A stretch of 64,000 nucleotides of DNA from Thiotrichales bacterium (GTDB lineage: Bacteria > Pseudomonadota > Gammaproteobacteria > Francisellales > CACEW01). A model generated the notes under the pieces. The model made no database searches. It was not told the DNA's origin and saw only the letters and a program-made list of their open reading frames with translations. The stretch's first letter is position 1. Every line of letters starts with the position of its first letter. The stretch spans positions 24,873 through 88,872 of the forward strand of contig CANJVU010000002.1 of NCBI GenBank assembly GCA_947478525.1, read 5' to 3'. Positions 29,557 through 41,147 of the stretch are shown in pieces. Position numbers and translations under genes: made by a program.

Positions 29557-30975
29557 TTACAAAATGTAGCGGCTTAGATCTTCATCCTTTGCCAGATCTT
29601 TGAGTGCTTTATCAACATAGGCTGCGTCGATCTCAACTGCATCCCCGCTGCGTTCGCTGGCTTCAAATGACAAGGTCTCCAGTAAGCGTTCAAGGACGGT
29701 GTGCAGCCGTCTGGCACCAATATTTTCCAAGCTTTCGTTGACCTGCCAGGCAATTTCTGCCAAGCGTTTGATGGCTTCTGGTTTAAACGAGAGGGTAACG
29801 CCTTCACTACCCAGCAGCGCGATATATTGCTCGGTGAGCGAGGCGTGTGGGTCGGTTAGAATTGCCATAAAGTCTTCAACGCTCAGCGCTTTTAATTCGA
29901 CGCGAATTGGTAAGCGGCCTTGTAACTCGGGCATCAAGTCTGATGGTTTGGTCATATGGAACGCACCGGAGGCAATAAATAAAATGTGGTCGGTTTTGAC
30001 CATGCCGTATTTGGTGGTGACGGTACAGCCTTCAATCAATGGCAACAAATCGCGTTGTACGCCTTCACGCGACACTTCGCCGCCACCGCCATGGCTATCG
30101 CTGCGTTTGCAGATTTTGTCGATCTCATCAAGAAACACGATGCCGTTTTGCTCGACATTTTCAATGGCGTTACGTTTGGTGTCTTCATCGCTGATGATGC
30201 GGCTGGCTTCTTCTTCTTGTAGGGTTTTTAGCGCTTCTTTGATGCGGACTTTACGCTTGGCGGTTTTAACTTTGCCAATGTGTTGGAACATTTCCTGCAA
30301 TTGGTGTGTCATGTCTTCCATGCCAGGAGGGCCCATGATTTCCATATTAATGCCGCTGGTGACCGGCACATCCATTTCGACTTCTTTGTCATCCAGCTCG
30401 CCAGCGCGTAGTTTTTTGCGATAATTTTTACGTGCGGTGGTGTCTTTAGGTCTTTCTTCAAGGGGTGCTTCAGGTGCGGGCAACTCAATGACCAAGGGGT
30501 TTTTTTCAGCAGTGGGTTCATTAGCAAAGCCAATGGGATTGGCTGCTTTTTCTTTCAGCGGTGGAGGCAATAAAATATCGAGCACGCGTTCTTCTGCGGC
30601 CTCTTTGGCGCGTTCTTGTACCTGCTCTTTGGCGGTTTGACGGGCCATTTTGACGGAAATTTCCACCAGATCGCGCACAATTGATTCTACATCACGGCCG
30701 ACATAACCGACTTCAGTAAATTTGGTCGCTTCGATTTTGATAAACGGCGCGTTTGCCAATTTCGCCAAACGGCGCGCGATTTCGGTTTTACCCACACCCG
30801 TCGGTCCAATCATCAGGATGTTTTTTGGCGTGACTTCGGCGCGCATGGCGTCATCCAGCTGCATGCGGCGCCAGCGGTTGCGCAGAGCAATGGCCACCGC
30901 GCGTTTGGCATCGTGCTGGCCAACGATGTGTTTATCGAGTTCTTTAACGATTTCGCGGGGAGTCATCTGTGACAT
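29557..30975 (-). CDS. hslU: ATP-dependent protease ATPase HslU
   Basis: [18 protein letters not shown] and GARRL. Confidence 0.98.
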   Translation of the reverse strand: MSQMTPREIVKELDKHIVGQHDAKRAVAIALRNRWRRMQLDDAMRAEVTPKNILMIGPTGVGKTEIARRLAKLANAPFIKIEATKFTEVGYVGRDVESIVRDLVEISVKMARQTAKEQVQERAKEAAEERVLDILLPPPLKEKAANPIGFANEPTAEKNPLVIELPAPEAPLEERPKDTTARKNYRKKLRAGELDDKEVEMDVPVTSGINMEIMGPPGMEDMTHQLQEMFQHIGKVKTAKRKVRIKEALKTLQEEEASRIISDEDTKRNAIENVEQNGIVFLDEIDKICKRSDSHGGGGEVSREGVQRDLLPLIEGCTVTTKYGMVKTDHILFIASGAFHMTKPSDLMPELQGRLPIRVELKALSVEDFMAILTDPHASLTEQYIALLGSEGVTLSFKPEAIKRLAEIAWQVNESLENIGARRLHTVLERLLETLSFEASERSGDAVEIDAAYVDKALKDLAKDEDLSRYIL

Positions 30976-30984
30976 AGTAAAACC

Positions 30985-31533
30985 TTATTTCTCTGAATCT
31001 AATTCTTGGTAAGTGACGTTGTGGTTGGTGTAAATGCAAATATCCGCAGCGATTTTCATGCTGCGTTCGGCGATTTGACGCGCACCCAGTTCGGTATTTT
31101 CCACCAACGCACGTGCGGCGGCTTTGGCAAAGGCGGAGCCAGAGCCAATGGACATAACGCCATTAGGGTCTTCGCCCATGACGTCGCCCGTGCCCGAGAT
31201 CAACAGGGTGGTATTTTTATCCGCGACCAGGAGCATTGCTTCAAGTTGTCGTAACATTTTGTCGGTGCGCCATTCGCGTACCAGCTCAACCGCAGCACGT
31301 TCCAGGTGGCCTTGGTATAAATCTAATTTGGCTTCGAAACGTTCGAATAAGGTAAAGGCATCAGCAGTGGCGCCTGCAAACCCGGCAATGATTTTGTCAT
31401 GATGGATTTTGCGTACTTTGCAGATGTTGTCTTTGGCGACCATATTGCCCATGGTAGCTTGACCGTCGCCGGCAATGATCACTTTGTTGTTGCGGCGCAC
31501 AGCCAGAATGGTGGTGCCAATAATGCTTTCCAT
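30985..31533 (-). CDS. hslV: ATP-dependent protease subunit HslV
   Basis: [24 protein letters not shown] and ICIYTN; ATG at 31533. Confidence 0.97.
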   Translation of the reverse strand: MESIIGTTILAVRRNNKVIIAGDGQATMGNMVAKDNICKVRKIHHDKIIAGFAGATADAFTLFERFEAKLDLYQGHLERAAVELVREWRTDKMLRQLEAMLLVADKNTTLLISGTGDVMGEDPNGVMSIGSGSAFAKAAARALVENTELGARQIAERSMKIAADICIYTNHNVTYQELDSEK

Positions 31534-31572
31534 CACGGTATTCCTAAAGTATAAAAAGATGACTGGTGTAGC

Positions 31573-31600
31573 ATATGGGGTTTGTGGTGTTGATTTCAAG
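31573..31600 (-). promoter_or_regulatory. Sigma-32 heat-shock promoter of hslVU
   Basis: Minus strand CTTGAAA-N13-CCCCATAT, an exact RpoH consensus. Confidence 0.88.
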
Positions 31601-31683
31601 AGCAGAATGAAAGTTTTTGTGTTTTCTTGAGTGGAATCCGCTATGATATGGTCATGAGAATCAACCTGGGTGAGCCGTAGGCG

Positions 31684-32181
31684 ATGAAAAAAATTTCGTT
31701 AGAAGGACGTAAAAGAATTGGTGAGCTTGGTACCGTAGATGCAGTTTCTGAGAAAAAAGCGCAATTAATGGCGATGCAGCAAGAGCACCACAAGTATCAC
31801 GTTGAACCTGTGGTTCCTGTAAAATCACAACCCCTTGTGGTGCAGCAATCGGAATTGCCATTGCAGCAACCTACGCAGCATCCTATTCGTCAGGGTTTAA
31901 CCGTTGAATTTGTGGTTGCACAGTTGACCGCTATGCATCAAAAACTGGGTAAGCTGGGTACTCGTTCAACGCGTCATTATTCAGCGCAAATGGTATCGAA
32001 TCATCTGGTGAAAGAACTGCGCGAAGTGTTGCGCCAAAAGGCGAAAGAAGGCGTTGCTGTGCGGTTGTCTGATGTTGATAATATGGCAGCCTGTCAGGCG
32101 TTTATTGATGAGGTTACGGGGCAGTTACTACAGCGTGGAATTCGCTTGAATCATCTGAGGGTGGTGCCGTTAAATTGCTGA
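31684..32181 (+). CDS. Hypothetical protein
   Basis: 165-aa ORF filling the gap between hslV and fnr; no family recognised. Confidence 0.6.
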   Translation: MKKISLEGRKRIGELGTVDAVSEKKAQLMAMQQEHHKYHVEPVVPVKSQPLVVQQSELPLQQPTQHPIRQGLTVEFVVAQLTAMHQKLGKLGTRSTRHYSAQMVSNHLVKELREVLRQKAKEGVAVRLSDVDNMAACQAFIDEVTGQLLQRGIRLNHLRVVPLNC

Positions 32182-32892
32182 TTCAATCAATTGTTGTAGT
32201 GCTTTTAACTCAATGATTTTGATTAATTTTCCTTCGGTTTTGATTCGTTTTTTATCCTGGAAATTTTTAAACAATCGGCTGACAGTTTCACTGGCCAAGT
32301 CTAAATAATCAGCAATGTCTTTGCGAGACATCGGTAATTGAAACTCATGAGCAGAGTAGCCGCGTTCACCATAATGTTTCGACAGGTCTAGTAAGAAAAT
32401 CGCCAGGCGTTGTTCTGCAGTGTGGTGCTGAGTGGGGCGTTGCAAGTCGTTAGAACAACGTTTGCTAACAATATCCATCAAGTAGCGTTGCAACGTGGGG
32501 ATCTTGCTGGACATTTTCATCAGTTCATCAAACGCTATCACACATACTGAACTGTCGATTAACGCTTGTGCGGTGGCTGGATGTTTCTCGTTGTGTACTG
32601 CATCCAAGCCAAAAAATTCACCGGGCAAATAAAATGCAATGATATGATTTTCTTGCCCTGGGGTGCTGTGAACGTATTTAAAGGCACCGGAGCGTACCAC
32701 ACAGAAACCGTTGAATTTATCACCTTGTTTGAACAGTTGTTCGTTGCGTTTGACGATTTTTTGTTGACTGATCAGCGCATCGAGTAACGATAATTCTTCT
32801 GGTGATAAACCCACCGGAAAACACAACTGACGCACACTGCAATGTTGGCAGGAGAATTTGAGGGTGTGCTTGCTGAAGGGCGAGGCGACCAT
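32170..32892 (-). CDS. fnr: FNR/Anr-type Crp-family regulator
   Basis: N-terminal CQHC...LC Fe-S cysteines, PGEFFG, SVC, and HTH MSRKDIADYLDLASETVSRLF. Confidence 0.9.
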   Translation of the reverse strand: MVASPFSKHTLKFSCQHCSVRQLCFPVGLSPEELSLLDALISQQKIVKRNEQLFKQGDKFNGFCVVRSGAFKYVHSTPGQENHIIAFYLPGEFFGLDAVHNEKHPATAQALIDSSVCVIAFDELMKMSSKIPTLQRYLMDIVSKRCSNDLQRPTQHHTAEQRLAIFLLDLSKHYGERGYSAHEFQLPMSRKDIADYLDLASETVSRLFKNFQDKKRIKTEGKLIKIIELKALQQLIESAI

Positions 32893-33067
32893 GGTTGATT
32901 TTGATTTTTGTTAAGGCGGGTCATCTTAAGCTATTTGTAAGTCCATAACAAGAAAATACTCAAGCGTAATCAAATCTTGCTGGTGATGAGTGTTGAATAG
33001 ATTTTCACGTTATTATTATAATATTTAATTAAATAAATTAATAAATTTATATTGAAATGCACAAGAA

Positions 33068-33400
33068 ATGAGTGTACAGTTTTTCGGGATAGGCGGGAGA
33101 AGAAATGTTAAGTCCAGATCCATTGGTTTTTGAGAAAAAAGATACTATAGGCTTTTCTCTGACATTAAAGCCTCTCAGTTGAGGGTGTTTTTTTCGGACG
33201 CTGAGACCACGTTGGAAAAACTTGCAGAGGAAGGCGTTTTTTTTGAGAACCTGCAAGAATTATGTAAACATTTGCATGATGAAAGAGCGAAATCCGATGC
33301 TTTCGTGCCTGCATGTATTGTGCAAATAGAAGAAAATGAATCTGTACCAAAAGGATTTATCTATCGTATTTATTCGGATGTGGTAGAAATTTTATTTTAA
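33068..33400 (+). pseudogene. Probable disrupted 5' portion of the 33425-34852 gene
   Basis: ATG 33068, ORF 33179-33400 and ORF 33425-34852 share one frame, broken only by TGA 33131 and TAA 33398. Confidence 0.45.
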
Positions 33401-33424
33401 CGCCTTTACGCCTCTTACGCATGT

Positions 33425-34852
33425 TTGCGTGATTGGGTCGATGATCATTACCCACTTAAAGATTTAATTGGTTTTCTGAAAGCACAGCCAGAGGAAGTTC
33501 CTTTTTACAGTGAACGAGAGCGAATTGAATTTTTAGCGCAATTAACCAGAGAGTTTGAAGATACTGAAGTAGTGACTATTTTAGCGCTTACTCTTTTGAA
33601 AATAGAAGCAATAAAGCTCTCGGACGATCCTTTTAAACAAATGAAAGTGGACTTGCTCACTCAAATTCAAAACTACCTTGGAGTTTTTGAAAACCGGCAG
33701 GAACGTGTGAGACTTGATTATAAAGATACAAAGTTGACGCCAGGAAAAATGTATCGAGATTCGGAGACTTCTTGTTTATATGTGCAGTCTGACTTAAATG
33801 CGGTTCCATTGATTCGAGTAGATGTTCAAGAGGATGTCTCGAGTTATGCGCTTACCTGCTTTATCCCCTTTGAGGATGGTGCGGGCTCAGCAATGATTCC
33901 ATTCCGGATTGAAAAAATCAGTGATTTATTAGACTATTTTTTGAAAAAAGTACAGGAAGGTGCATGGACCGGTAGTAAACGAAATCCCCTTGCCGAGGCG
34001 ATAACAAATATTATAGGTGTTATCTTAAAAAGGGATGCCGATCGATTGCCGTATCGTGATAATGAATTAAAGGTGCTGCTGGATTTGTGGACAGTCGTAT
34101 CGGTTCTGTCGCACGGTATTCTTAAGTATCGAGAAACATCTTCAGATGATGAATTTAGCTTGAGCGCTATTTCTGATGCATTGTTGTGGCAGTTGGAAAA
34201 TGCAGAGCAAACCTTTCTTCAGGGCATTCAAGCATTGCGCGATCGGGTGAGTGATGTTGCTGCTGCTCTCAATCGTTTGACAGTAGTGATAGAAGCACAA
34301 AAGGAATTTGGGGATAATTTTTTTGTTGGGGTTGATCGTGGTGATTTATCAGTTAGTGATTTATTGAATGCATTAATAACGCAAGTTTGGCAGCTACAAC
34401 CGGAGTGGTATGATCGATATGGACCCTTTATGGAAACTTTTGAGTTAGAGGTGGTGCGAGCAGGAAGCGAACGGGTATTAAGGCACAGAGAAGATTACGA
34501 TGTAGACTGGGTGTTAAATCCCTTAGATGCTAGGCGTAAGCAGTTATATCAACTTCATGTGGTCACTTCAGCTTTAAGCAGATCTTCTCGGCCATCAACA
34601 CCTGGTGCCTATTCTGCCGGTACTAGAACGCCCTGTATTTTTAAAGATACAGCGCCTTCCTCTTTGAGGCATGTTCCAGGGATTTTTCCAGCGCCTGGTC
34701 TATATGTCGACACGAGCGCGCCACGAGATAGGACGGCTGTTTGTGCAAATTCTCTTAAAACTCCAGCGGTTTCACCGATTTTAGCCGCTCTGGGGGGTGG
34801 GTATAGAAGCGGTCTTTCGCATACTGTTCCCAGTCGAAATTTAAGTCCGTAA
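33425..34852 (+). CDS. Orphan helical protein with Ser/Pro/Thr-rich tail (candidate effector, possibly truncated)
   Basis: 475-aa ORF with TTG start and no clear RBS; no family recognised. Confidence 0.6.
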   Translation: MRDWVDDHYPLKDLIGFLKAQPEEVPFYSERERIEFLAQLTREFEDTEVVTILALTLLKIEAIKLSDDPFKQMKVDLLTQIQNYLGVFENRQERVRLDYKDTKLTPGKMYRDSETSCLYVQSDLNAVPLIRVDVQEDVSSYALTCFIPFEDGAGSAMIPFRIEKISDLLDYFLKKVQEGAWTGSKRNPLAEAITNIIGVILKRDADRLPYRDNELKVLLDLWTVVSVLSHGILKYRETSSDDEFSLSAISDALLWQLENAEQTFLQGIQALRDRVSDVAAALNRLTVVIEAQKEFGDNFFVGVDRGDLSVSDLLNALITQVWQLQPEWYDRYGPFMETFELEVVRAGSERVLRHREDYDVDWVLNPLDARRKQLYQLHVVTSALSRSSRPSTPGAYSAGTRTPCIFKDTAPSSLRHVPGIFPAPGLYVDTSAPRDRTAVCANSLKTPAVSPILAALGGGYRSGLSHTVPSRNLSP

Positions 34853-34913
34853 GCTATTTATCAGAGTAAAAATATGGTATCGTGTCAGCCTCTGAAATGA
34901 CTGAGAGTCTGCC

Positions 34914-37900
34914 ATGCACCCTTTAAAAACATTACTCAAACAGCGCATCTTAATCATCGATGGCGCCATGGGTACCATGATTCAACGCGAAAAACTCGAT
35001 GAAGCAGCGTTTCGCGGTGAGCAATTTAAAAATCACACCCATGATTTAAAAGGCAATAATGACCTGTTGGTATTGACCCAACCGCATATTATCCAGAGGA
35101 TTCATGAGCAATTTTTAGCAGCCGGTGCGGATATTTTAGAAACCAACAGTTTTAATGCGAATCGTATTTCACAGGCGGATTATGCGCTGGAAGATCAGTC
35201 TTATGCACTCAACGTGGCAGCGGCCAAAGTGGCGCGCGCAGCGGCGCATAAATACACTAAGCTCACACCGGATAAGCCGCGTTTTGTGGCAGGTGTGCTT
35301 GGACCCACCAACCGTACCGCATCATTATCACCAGACGTGAATCGCCCTGGATTTCGAAATGTTGGGTTTGACCAGTTGGTAGAAGCCTATACTGAGGCGC
35401 TCAAAGGGTTGATTGATGGTGGGGTGGATTTGATTTTGGTGGAAACCATTTTTGATACCCTCAATGCCAAAGCGGCGTTATTTGCGATTGAGCGCTATTT
35501 TGAAACGCATAATATTTCTTTGCCCGTTTCCATTTCCGGTACCATTACCGATGCTTCAGGCAGAACTTTGTCGGGTCAAACGGCCGAAGCGTTTTGGTAT
35601 TCCGTGCGCCATGTCAAACCCTTGTCGATTGGGTTTAACTGTGCGCTCGGCGCCAAAGATTTGCGGCCACATTTGGCGGATATTGCTGCCATTGCCGAAT
35701 GTTATGTCAGTGTCTATCCCAATGCCGGCTTGCCTAATGCCTTTGGTGAATATGATGATACCCCTCGACAAATGTCAGAAGTATTACGTGAATTTGCTGA
35801 GTCAGGCTTGTTGAATATGGTCGGCGGTTGCTGCGGCACCACACCGGAGCATATTGCCGCGATTGCCAAAGCCATGGAAGGCGTGAAACCGCGTCAATCT
35901 AAACCTATGCCTAAACACTGTTGCTTAAGTGGTTTGGAGCCATTGGTGATTCGCCCAGAAAGTAATTTTATCAACGTCGGTGAGCGCACCAACGTCACGG
36001 GGTCGATTCGCTTTGCACGCTTGATTAAAGAAAAACAATACGAAGCAGCACTGGCAGTGGCGCGTGAGCAAGTGGAAAGTGGCGCACAGATCATTGACAT
36101 CAATATGGATGAAGGCATGCTCGATGCCGAGGCTGAGATGAAAATATTTTTAAATCTTATCGCCAGTGAGCCTGATATTGCTCGTGTGCCGGTGATGATC
36201 GACTCGTCAAAATGGTCGGTGATTGAAGCGGGGTTGAAATGCTTGCAAGGTAAAGGCATTGTCAATTCGATTAGTATGAAAGAAGGTGAGGCAGTATTTA
36301 TTGCCCATGCTAAGCGTGTATTGCAATACGGTGCGGCGGTGGTGGTGATGGCGTTTGATGAACAAGGTCAAGCCGACACTTGCGAACGTAAAGTAGCGAT
36401 CTGTCAACGTGCCTATAAAATTTTGACGGAACAAGTAGGGTTTCCGCCGCAAGACATTATTTTTGACCCGAATATTTTCGCGGTCGCTACGGGGATTGAA
36501 GAACATGCGCGTTATGGGTTGGATTTTATCGAAGCGGTGCGTGAGATCAAGCGCACCTGCCCGCATGTGATGATCAGTGGTGGTGTTAGCAACTTTTCGT
36601 TTTCATTCCGCGGCAATAACGCCGTGCGTGAAGCGATGCATTCGGTGTTTTTGTACCATGCCTGCCAAGCCGGCATGGATATGGGTATTGTCAACGCTGG
36701 CCAATTGGTGGTGTACGATGAAATTGCCAAACCCTTGCGTGATGCGATTGAAGATGTTTTGTTTAACCGCTCTGAAAGCGCCACCGAGCAATTATTGAAA
36801 CTCGCCAATGAATTTAAAGGCGAAGGCAAAGTTCAAGTGGAAGACCTTGAGTGGCGCAGCTGGCCAGTGCAAAAGCGTTTGGAGCATGCCTTGGTCAAAG
36901 GGATTGTTGAGTATATTGACGAAGACACCGAAGCCGCACGGCATTTGTTTACGAAAACCATTGAGGTCATTGAAGGGCCGTTGATGGATGGCATGAACGT
37001 CGTTGGCGATTTATTTGGCGCTGGCAAAATGTTTTTGCCACAGGTGGTGAAAAGCGCACGCGTGATGAAAAAAGCCGTGGCGTATTTGTTGCCGCACTTG
37101 GAAAAAGAAAAAGCTGCGGCAGCGGATAATCGCTCCAAAGGCAAAATTTTAATGGCAACGGTGAAGGGCGATGTGCATGACATTGGCAAAAACATTGTCG
37201 GTGTGGTGTTGCAATGTAATAACTATGACGTGATCGATTTGGGTGTGATGGTGTCCTGTCAGAAAATTTTGGAAGTGGCGATTGCAGAAAAGGTCGATAT
37301 TATTGGCTTGTCAGGGTTAATTACCCCCTCATTGGATGAAATGGTGCACGTTGCGCAAGAAATGCAGCGTCAAGGCTTTAAGATTCCCTTATTGATTGGT
37401 GGTGCGACTACTTCAAAGATGCATACGGCGGTGAAAATCGAACCGGCATATCATAACGGTCCAGTCATTCATGTGCTCGACGCTTCTCGCGCCGTCGGTG
37501 TGGTCGGTCGGTTGTTGAGTGATACGCTGGCAATGGCGTTAGTAGCGGAAACCAAGGCCGAATACGTACAGTTACGTGAGCGTCATGCCAATCGTCAACA
37601 ACAGGTTGAGTTTGTGTCGCTGGAAATGGCGCGGCAGAAAAAATATACCATCGATTGGAAAATGTATGCACCACCAAAACCGAAGGCATTAGGCATTCAG
37701 GTATTGAATAATTACGATTTGGCAACGTTAACAAGCTATATTGATTGGACACCATTTTTCCAAACTTGGGAAATGAAGGGCAGCTTCCCTAAAATTTTGC
37801 AAGATGTGCACGTCGGCGTTGAAGCTACGCGGGTATATGAAGACGCACAAGCGATGTTAAAACGTATTGTTGATGAAAAATTATTAACCGCGCGTGCCGT

Positions 37901-38585
37901 GTTTGGTTTGTTCCCGGCCAATAGTGTTGGTGATGATGATATTGAGATTTACAGCGATGAAGCCCGTACTCATGAAATTGCACGCTTCTGTAATTTGCGT
38001 CAACAAACGTTGCGTCCGGAGAATAACCCGTATACATCATTGGCAGATTTCGTTGCACCCAGAAGCAGTGGCGTGCATGATTATATCGGCGCGTTTGTGG
38101 TGACGACAGGCTTAAATATTGAACCGATTTTGAAGGAACTCGAAAAAGACCATAACGATTACTTATCCATTATGGTTAAAGCCCTGGCAGATCGCCTGGC
38201 TGAAGCGTTTGCCGAACACTTGCATGAAAAAATTCGCAAAGAATACTGGAGTTATGCGCCGACTGAGCGGTTGTCGAATGAACAATTGATTCGCTGCAAA
38301 TACCAGGGTATTCGCCCAGCTCATGGCTATCCAGCCTGCCCCGATCATACCGAAAAAACAATACTCTTTAATTTGCTCGATGCACAGAAAAATGCTGGTG
38401 TTGAGTTAACCGAAAGCATGGCGATGCTGCCAGCAGCGTCGGTCAGTGGTTTGTATTTTTCCCATCCCGAAGCGCATTATTTGGGGATTGGTAAAATCGA
38501 TGAAGATCAGCTACACGACTACGCCAAGCGCAAAGGCTTAGCGGTAGAAGTAATGCGTAAATGGCTGTCGCCGGTTATGGGGTAA
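34914..38585 (+). CDS. metH: Cobalamin-dependent methionine synthase
   Basis: [29 protein letters not shown] (B12-binding His) and GYPACPDH. Confidence 0.98.
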   Translation: MHPLKTLLKQRILIIDGAMGTMIQREKLDEAAFRGEQFKNHTHDLKGNNDLLVLTQPHIIQRIHEQFLAAGADILETNSFNANRISQADYALEDQSYALNVAAAKVARAAAHKYTKLTPDKPRFVAGVLGPTNRTASLSPDVNRPGFRNVGFDQLVEAYTEALKGLIDGGVDLILVETIFDTLNAKAALFAIERYFETHNISLPVSISGTITDASGRTLSGQTAEAFWYSVRHVKPLSIGFNCALGAKDLRPHLADIAAIAECYVSVYPNAGLPNAFGEYDDTPRQMSEVLREFAESGLLNMVGGCCGTTPEHIAAIAKAMEGVKPRQSKPMPKHCCLSGLEPLVIRPESNFINVGERTNVTGSIRFARLIKEKQYEAALAVAREQVESGAQIIDINMDEGMLDAEAEMKIFLNLIASEPDIARVPVMIDSSKWSVIEAGLKCLQGKGIVNSISMKEGEAVFIAHAKRVLQYGAAVVVMAFDEQGQADTCERKVAICQRAYKILTEQVGFPPQDIIFDPNIFAVATGIEEHARYGLDFIEAVREIKRTCPHVMISGGVSNFSFSFRGNNAVREAMHSVFLYHACQAGMDMGIVNAGQLVVYDEIAKPLRDAIEDVLFNRSESATEQLLKLANEFKGEGKVQVEDLEWRSWPVQKRLEHALVKGIVEYIDEDTEAARHLFTKTIEVIEGPLMDGMNVVGDLFGAGKMFLPQVVKSARVMKKAVAYLLPHLEKEKAAAADNRSKGKILMATVKGDVHDIGKNIVGVVLQCNNYDVIDLGVMVSCQKILEVAIAEKVDIIGLSGLITPSLDEMVHVAQEMQRQGFKIPLLIGGATTSKMHTAVKIEPAYHNGPVIHVLDASRAVGVVGRLLSDTLAMALVAETKAEYVQLRERHANRQQQVEFVSLEMARQKKYTIDWKMYAPPKPKALGIQVLNNYDLATLTSYIDWTPFFQTWEMKGSFPKILQDVHVGVEATRVYEDAQAMLKRIVDEKLLTARAVFGLFPANSVGDDDIEIYSDEARTHEIARFCNLRQQTLRPENNPYTSLADFVAPRSSGVHDYIGAFVVTTGLNIEPILKELEKDHNDYLSIMVKALADRLAEAFAEHLHEKIRKEYWSYAPTERLSNEQLIRCKYQGIRPAHGYPACPDHTEKTILFNLLDAQKNAGVELTESMAMLPAASVSGLYFSHPEAHYLGIGKIDEDQLHDYAKRKGLAVEVMRKWLSPVMG

Positions 38586-39531
38586 TTTGTTCTTTATTCA
38601 GCGCCTGCAATTTTTTGATGTCCAGTTTAATGGATGCCTGAAAGCCTCCTCCTTCGACGTTATTGAGCGTGATCTCACCTTTATGCAGCGCAACGATTTT
38701 TTTGACAATGGAAAGTCCCAGTCCCGTGCCACCAGTATTGCTGGAGCGGGCTTGGTCGACACGAAAATAAGGGATGCCCAAGAGGTGTAAAAATTTATCC
38801 GGTACGCCAGGGCCATTGTCTTCGAAGGTTAAGTAAACCGTCGCTTCATTCGGTTTATTGAGTGTGATAGTGCAGCGAGTGGCATATTTTTTGGCGTTTT
38901 CAATCAAATTGGTGACCATGCGTTTAAACAGTTCCAGCTCGATCGGTAAATCGCATTGCGCGATGTTGCTGCTAAAAGTTGTCACAAAGTCAGATCTCGT
39001 ATAATGCTCTACCAGTGATTCCAGTAAGGACACCACATCGACTTCGGTGGTTTTAATGCGATTAGGTTGTTTGGCGTAGGCCAATGAGCTGGTGACGATT
39101 TTATTGATTTTATTTAAATTATTGCGGATGGCTTCGCTGCCACTCTGGTCGTCCAGCAGTTCTACATTCAATAATGCTTCGGTGAGGGGGGTTTTAATAT
39201 CATGCGCCAATGCGCTGAGCATTAAATTTTTTTCATCAATATAGGTTTGTAATTGTTGTTGTAAGTGTTGAATGACTGGTTTTGAAGATTTTTCATCTGA
39301 GTTGAGTACGTCATTGAGCATTTTTTGTGGAAGGGTATGTCGGTAATAGATCAAGAGCGATGACCACAACATAATAATGACGATGGTGTTGTAAATGAGG
39401 TAACCGATTGTTCTGGCGTGGATTTCCTGGTAGTTATCAAAGAAACTCGCAATGGTTTCTAAAATCAACAGCGCCATGGATAAAATTAAAATATGTTTGA
39501 CACGTATTTTGGGTAGTTTAACTTTACGCAT
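38575..39531 (-). CDS. Orphan sensor histidine kinase (EnvZ/CpxA/RstB-like)
   Basis: Two TM helices; H-box [22 protein letters not shown] and [10 protein letters not shown]. Confidence 0.92.
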   Translation of the reverse strand: MRKVKLPKIRVKHILILSMALLILETIASFFDNYQEIHARTIGYLIYNTIVIIMLWSSLLIYYRHTLPQKMLNDVLNSDEKSSKPVIQHLQQQLQTYIDEKNLMLSALAHDIKTPLTEALLNVELLDDQSGSEAIRNNLNKINKIVTSSLAYAKQPNRIKTTEVDVVSLLESLVEHYTRSDFVTTFSSNIAQCDLPIELELFKRMVTNLIENAKKYATRCTITLNKPNEATVYLTFEDNGPGVPDKFLHLLGIPYFRVDQARSSNTGGTGLGLSIVKKIVALHKGEITLNNVEGGGFQASIKLDIKKLQALNKEQITP

Positions 39532-39894
39532 GAATTACCTGGTGGTGACCACTCTGTGGGTGAGATTGTAGTGCAATAGTGGCCTGATGTCGATTTTTCC
39601 GAGCAACCAACTGTGTAATAATCTTATTCATTCAAATGAGTCGATGGTTTTATTTAAGTTTATTTTTTATTAAATTAGTTATATTATATTGAGTTTTATT
39701 TATTTTTTTAGCATAAATTAACGGGGTTATTTGTAATATTTGTTACTATTTTTTTTTATATTTATCAGTATATTAAAATATTTTTAAAGGGTGAAAATCA
39801 CCGCTTGTTACATTTCATCTTTTGCATTATGAGCGAAAATTCGGTAAAATTGCTGCAGGTTTTGGTGTGATGTTAGATTTGGAAAGGGGGCGAC

Positions 39895-40536
39895 ATGCAG
39901 TCAGATTATGCTCATTATGCGCAGCAACTGCTGACAACCGCATTAGACCCTATCCTAACCACCATTACGATTGTTGCTCGTTTTATGGGCATTGGATTTG
40001 TGATTGTGGGCTTGACCAGGTTATATAAAATGGGGCATCAGGATATGATGCACAAAGTATCACCCATGTCGACCGTCATGTATCTGGTTGTAGGCGTTAT
40101 TTTTGCAGCGTATACCCCATTTTTAGCGGCATTGAGTACGGCGTTGTTTACCAGTAATGCTGGCGTGAGTCCATTGTCATCGTCAACCTATCTTGGATTT
40201 GGTGGTAGTACTAGCGTGTGCTCTAATTATCAGTCGGTGGCGCTTTACAATGACCCCAATCCATTATGTCCGATGATGGCGTATGCACAAAATATTGGCG
40301 CCGCGGGGGCGACGGCTAGTTACGGTTTTTTGGTGAGCACGGTCACCTATGCGTTGTTATTTGTGGTTGGGGTTATTGCATTTTTACGGGGCGTGTCATT
40401 ATTGATTAAGGTTGGTGACGGTGCTCAGCAAGGGACATTGCCTAAGGCGGCAACTCATATTATCGGCGGGTTGGTGGGGATTAATGCAGAAACCCTTTAT
40501 GATGTGGTTAGTGGTGTGGTTGATGGATTAAAATGA
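39895..40536 (+). CDS. icmC: Dot/Icm inner-membrane protein IcmC/DotE
   Basis: Four TM helices; VGVIAFLRG..LL...G...Q.GT..KA.THIIGG...IN. Confidence 0.8.
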   Translation: MQSDYAHYAQQLLTTALDPILTTITIVARFMGIGFVIVGLTRLYKMGHQDMMHKVSPMSTVMYLVVGVIFAAYTPFLAALSTALFTSNAGVSPLSSSTYLGFGGSTSVCSNYQSVALYNDPNPLCPMMAYAQNIGAAGATASYGFLVSTVTYALLFVVGVIAFLRGVSLLIKVGDGAQQGTLPKAATHIIGGLVGINAETLYDVVSGVVDGLK

Positions 40537-40569
40537 GTTAAGGTATGCTTAAGGATTAAGATGTATAAT
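40537..40569 (+). promoter_or_regulatory. PmrA-type promoter upstream of icmD
   Basis: GTTAA-N6-CTTAA-N11-TATAAT. Confidence 0.65.
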
Positions 40570-40630
40570 CTGAGGCGCTAAGTGTTAAATGTTAGTATAA
40601 AGTGTTAAGTATAAAAATAAGGAGTGAGTA

Positions 40631-41065
40631 ATGAATATTGTTAATATGTTAAAGAAAAAAGCGGTACAGAAAGTTGTTGTCGCTGGCGCGGCATTGCTGT
40701 CAATGGGTTTTGCAGGCACCGCATTGGCGGCTCCGGTTACCCTGACGCTTGCTGGTATGCAGGGTAATATTGCCAATACTTCCGGGTACATTTTGAAAAT
40801 CATTATGACCTTGATTACGTTGGCAGGCGTTATCCTGGTGATTAAAGGGATTGTGCATTTGAAACAAAACTACACCGGTACCGGGCAAGAGAAACATTTG
40901 TCAAAAGGCCTGGCGTGTTTAGGCTTTGGTGCTGCGTTGTTTATTGCCGTGCCGATTACCCATGTTTTGATCGGCGGCTTGATTGGCAGTGATACTACTG
41001 CTACTTCGGCTTATAATAGTTGGAGTTCAGTAGATAGCGCAGTCGATATTAACGTAAATAGCTGA
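40631..41065 (+). CDS. icmD: Dot/Icm pilin-like protein IcmD/DotP
   Basis: Signal peptide and two TM helices; LAG......I...KQ and GAALF..P pattern; next to icmC. Confidence 0.75.
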   Translation: MNIVNMLKKKAVQKVVVAGAALLSMGFAGTALAAPVTLTLAGMQGNIANTSGYILKIIMTLITLAGVILVIKGIVHLKQNYTGTGQEKHLSKGLACLGFGAALFIAVPITHVLIGGLIGSDTTATSAYNSWSSVDSAVDINVNS

Positions 41066-41147
41066 GGCTCATGATGGGTAATGAAACCATTGCGTGGAAT
41101 GCTCTGGTCGTGGTAATGAATAGATTAATCAAAATTGGTAGCAATTT

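Noticed and set aside
29699-30424. 241-aa plus-strand ORF and similar shadow ORFs over metH, gcvP, asnS, dotL and dotO
   Set aside because: Antisense or out-of-frame shadows of well-supported genes
31534-31599. N-terminal extension of hslV in the ORF track
   Set aside because: This stretch contains the sigma-32 promoter; ATG 31533 fits better
39772-39787. aTTAA-N6-tTTAA upstream of icmC as a second PmrA box
   Set aside because: Lies in very AT-rich DNA with no correctly spaced -10; chance match is likely
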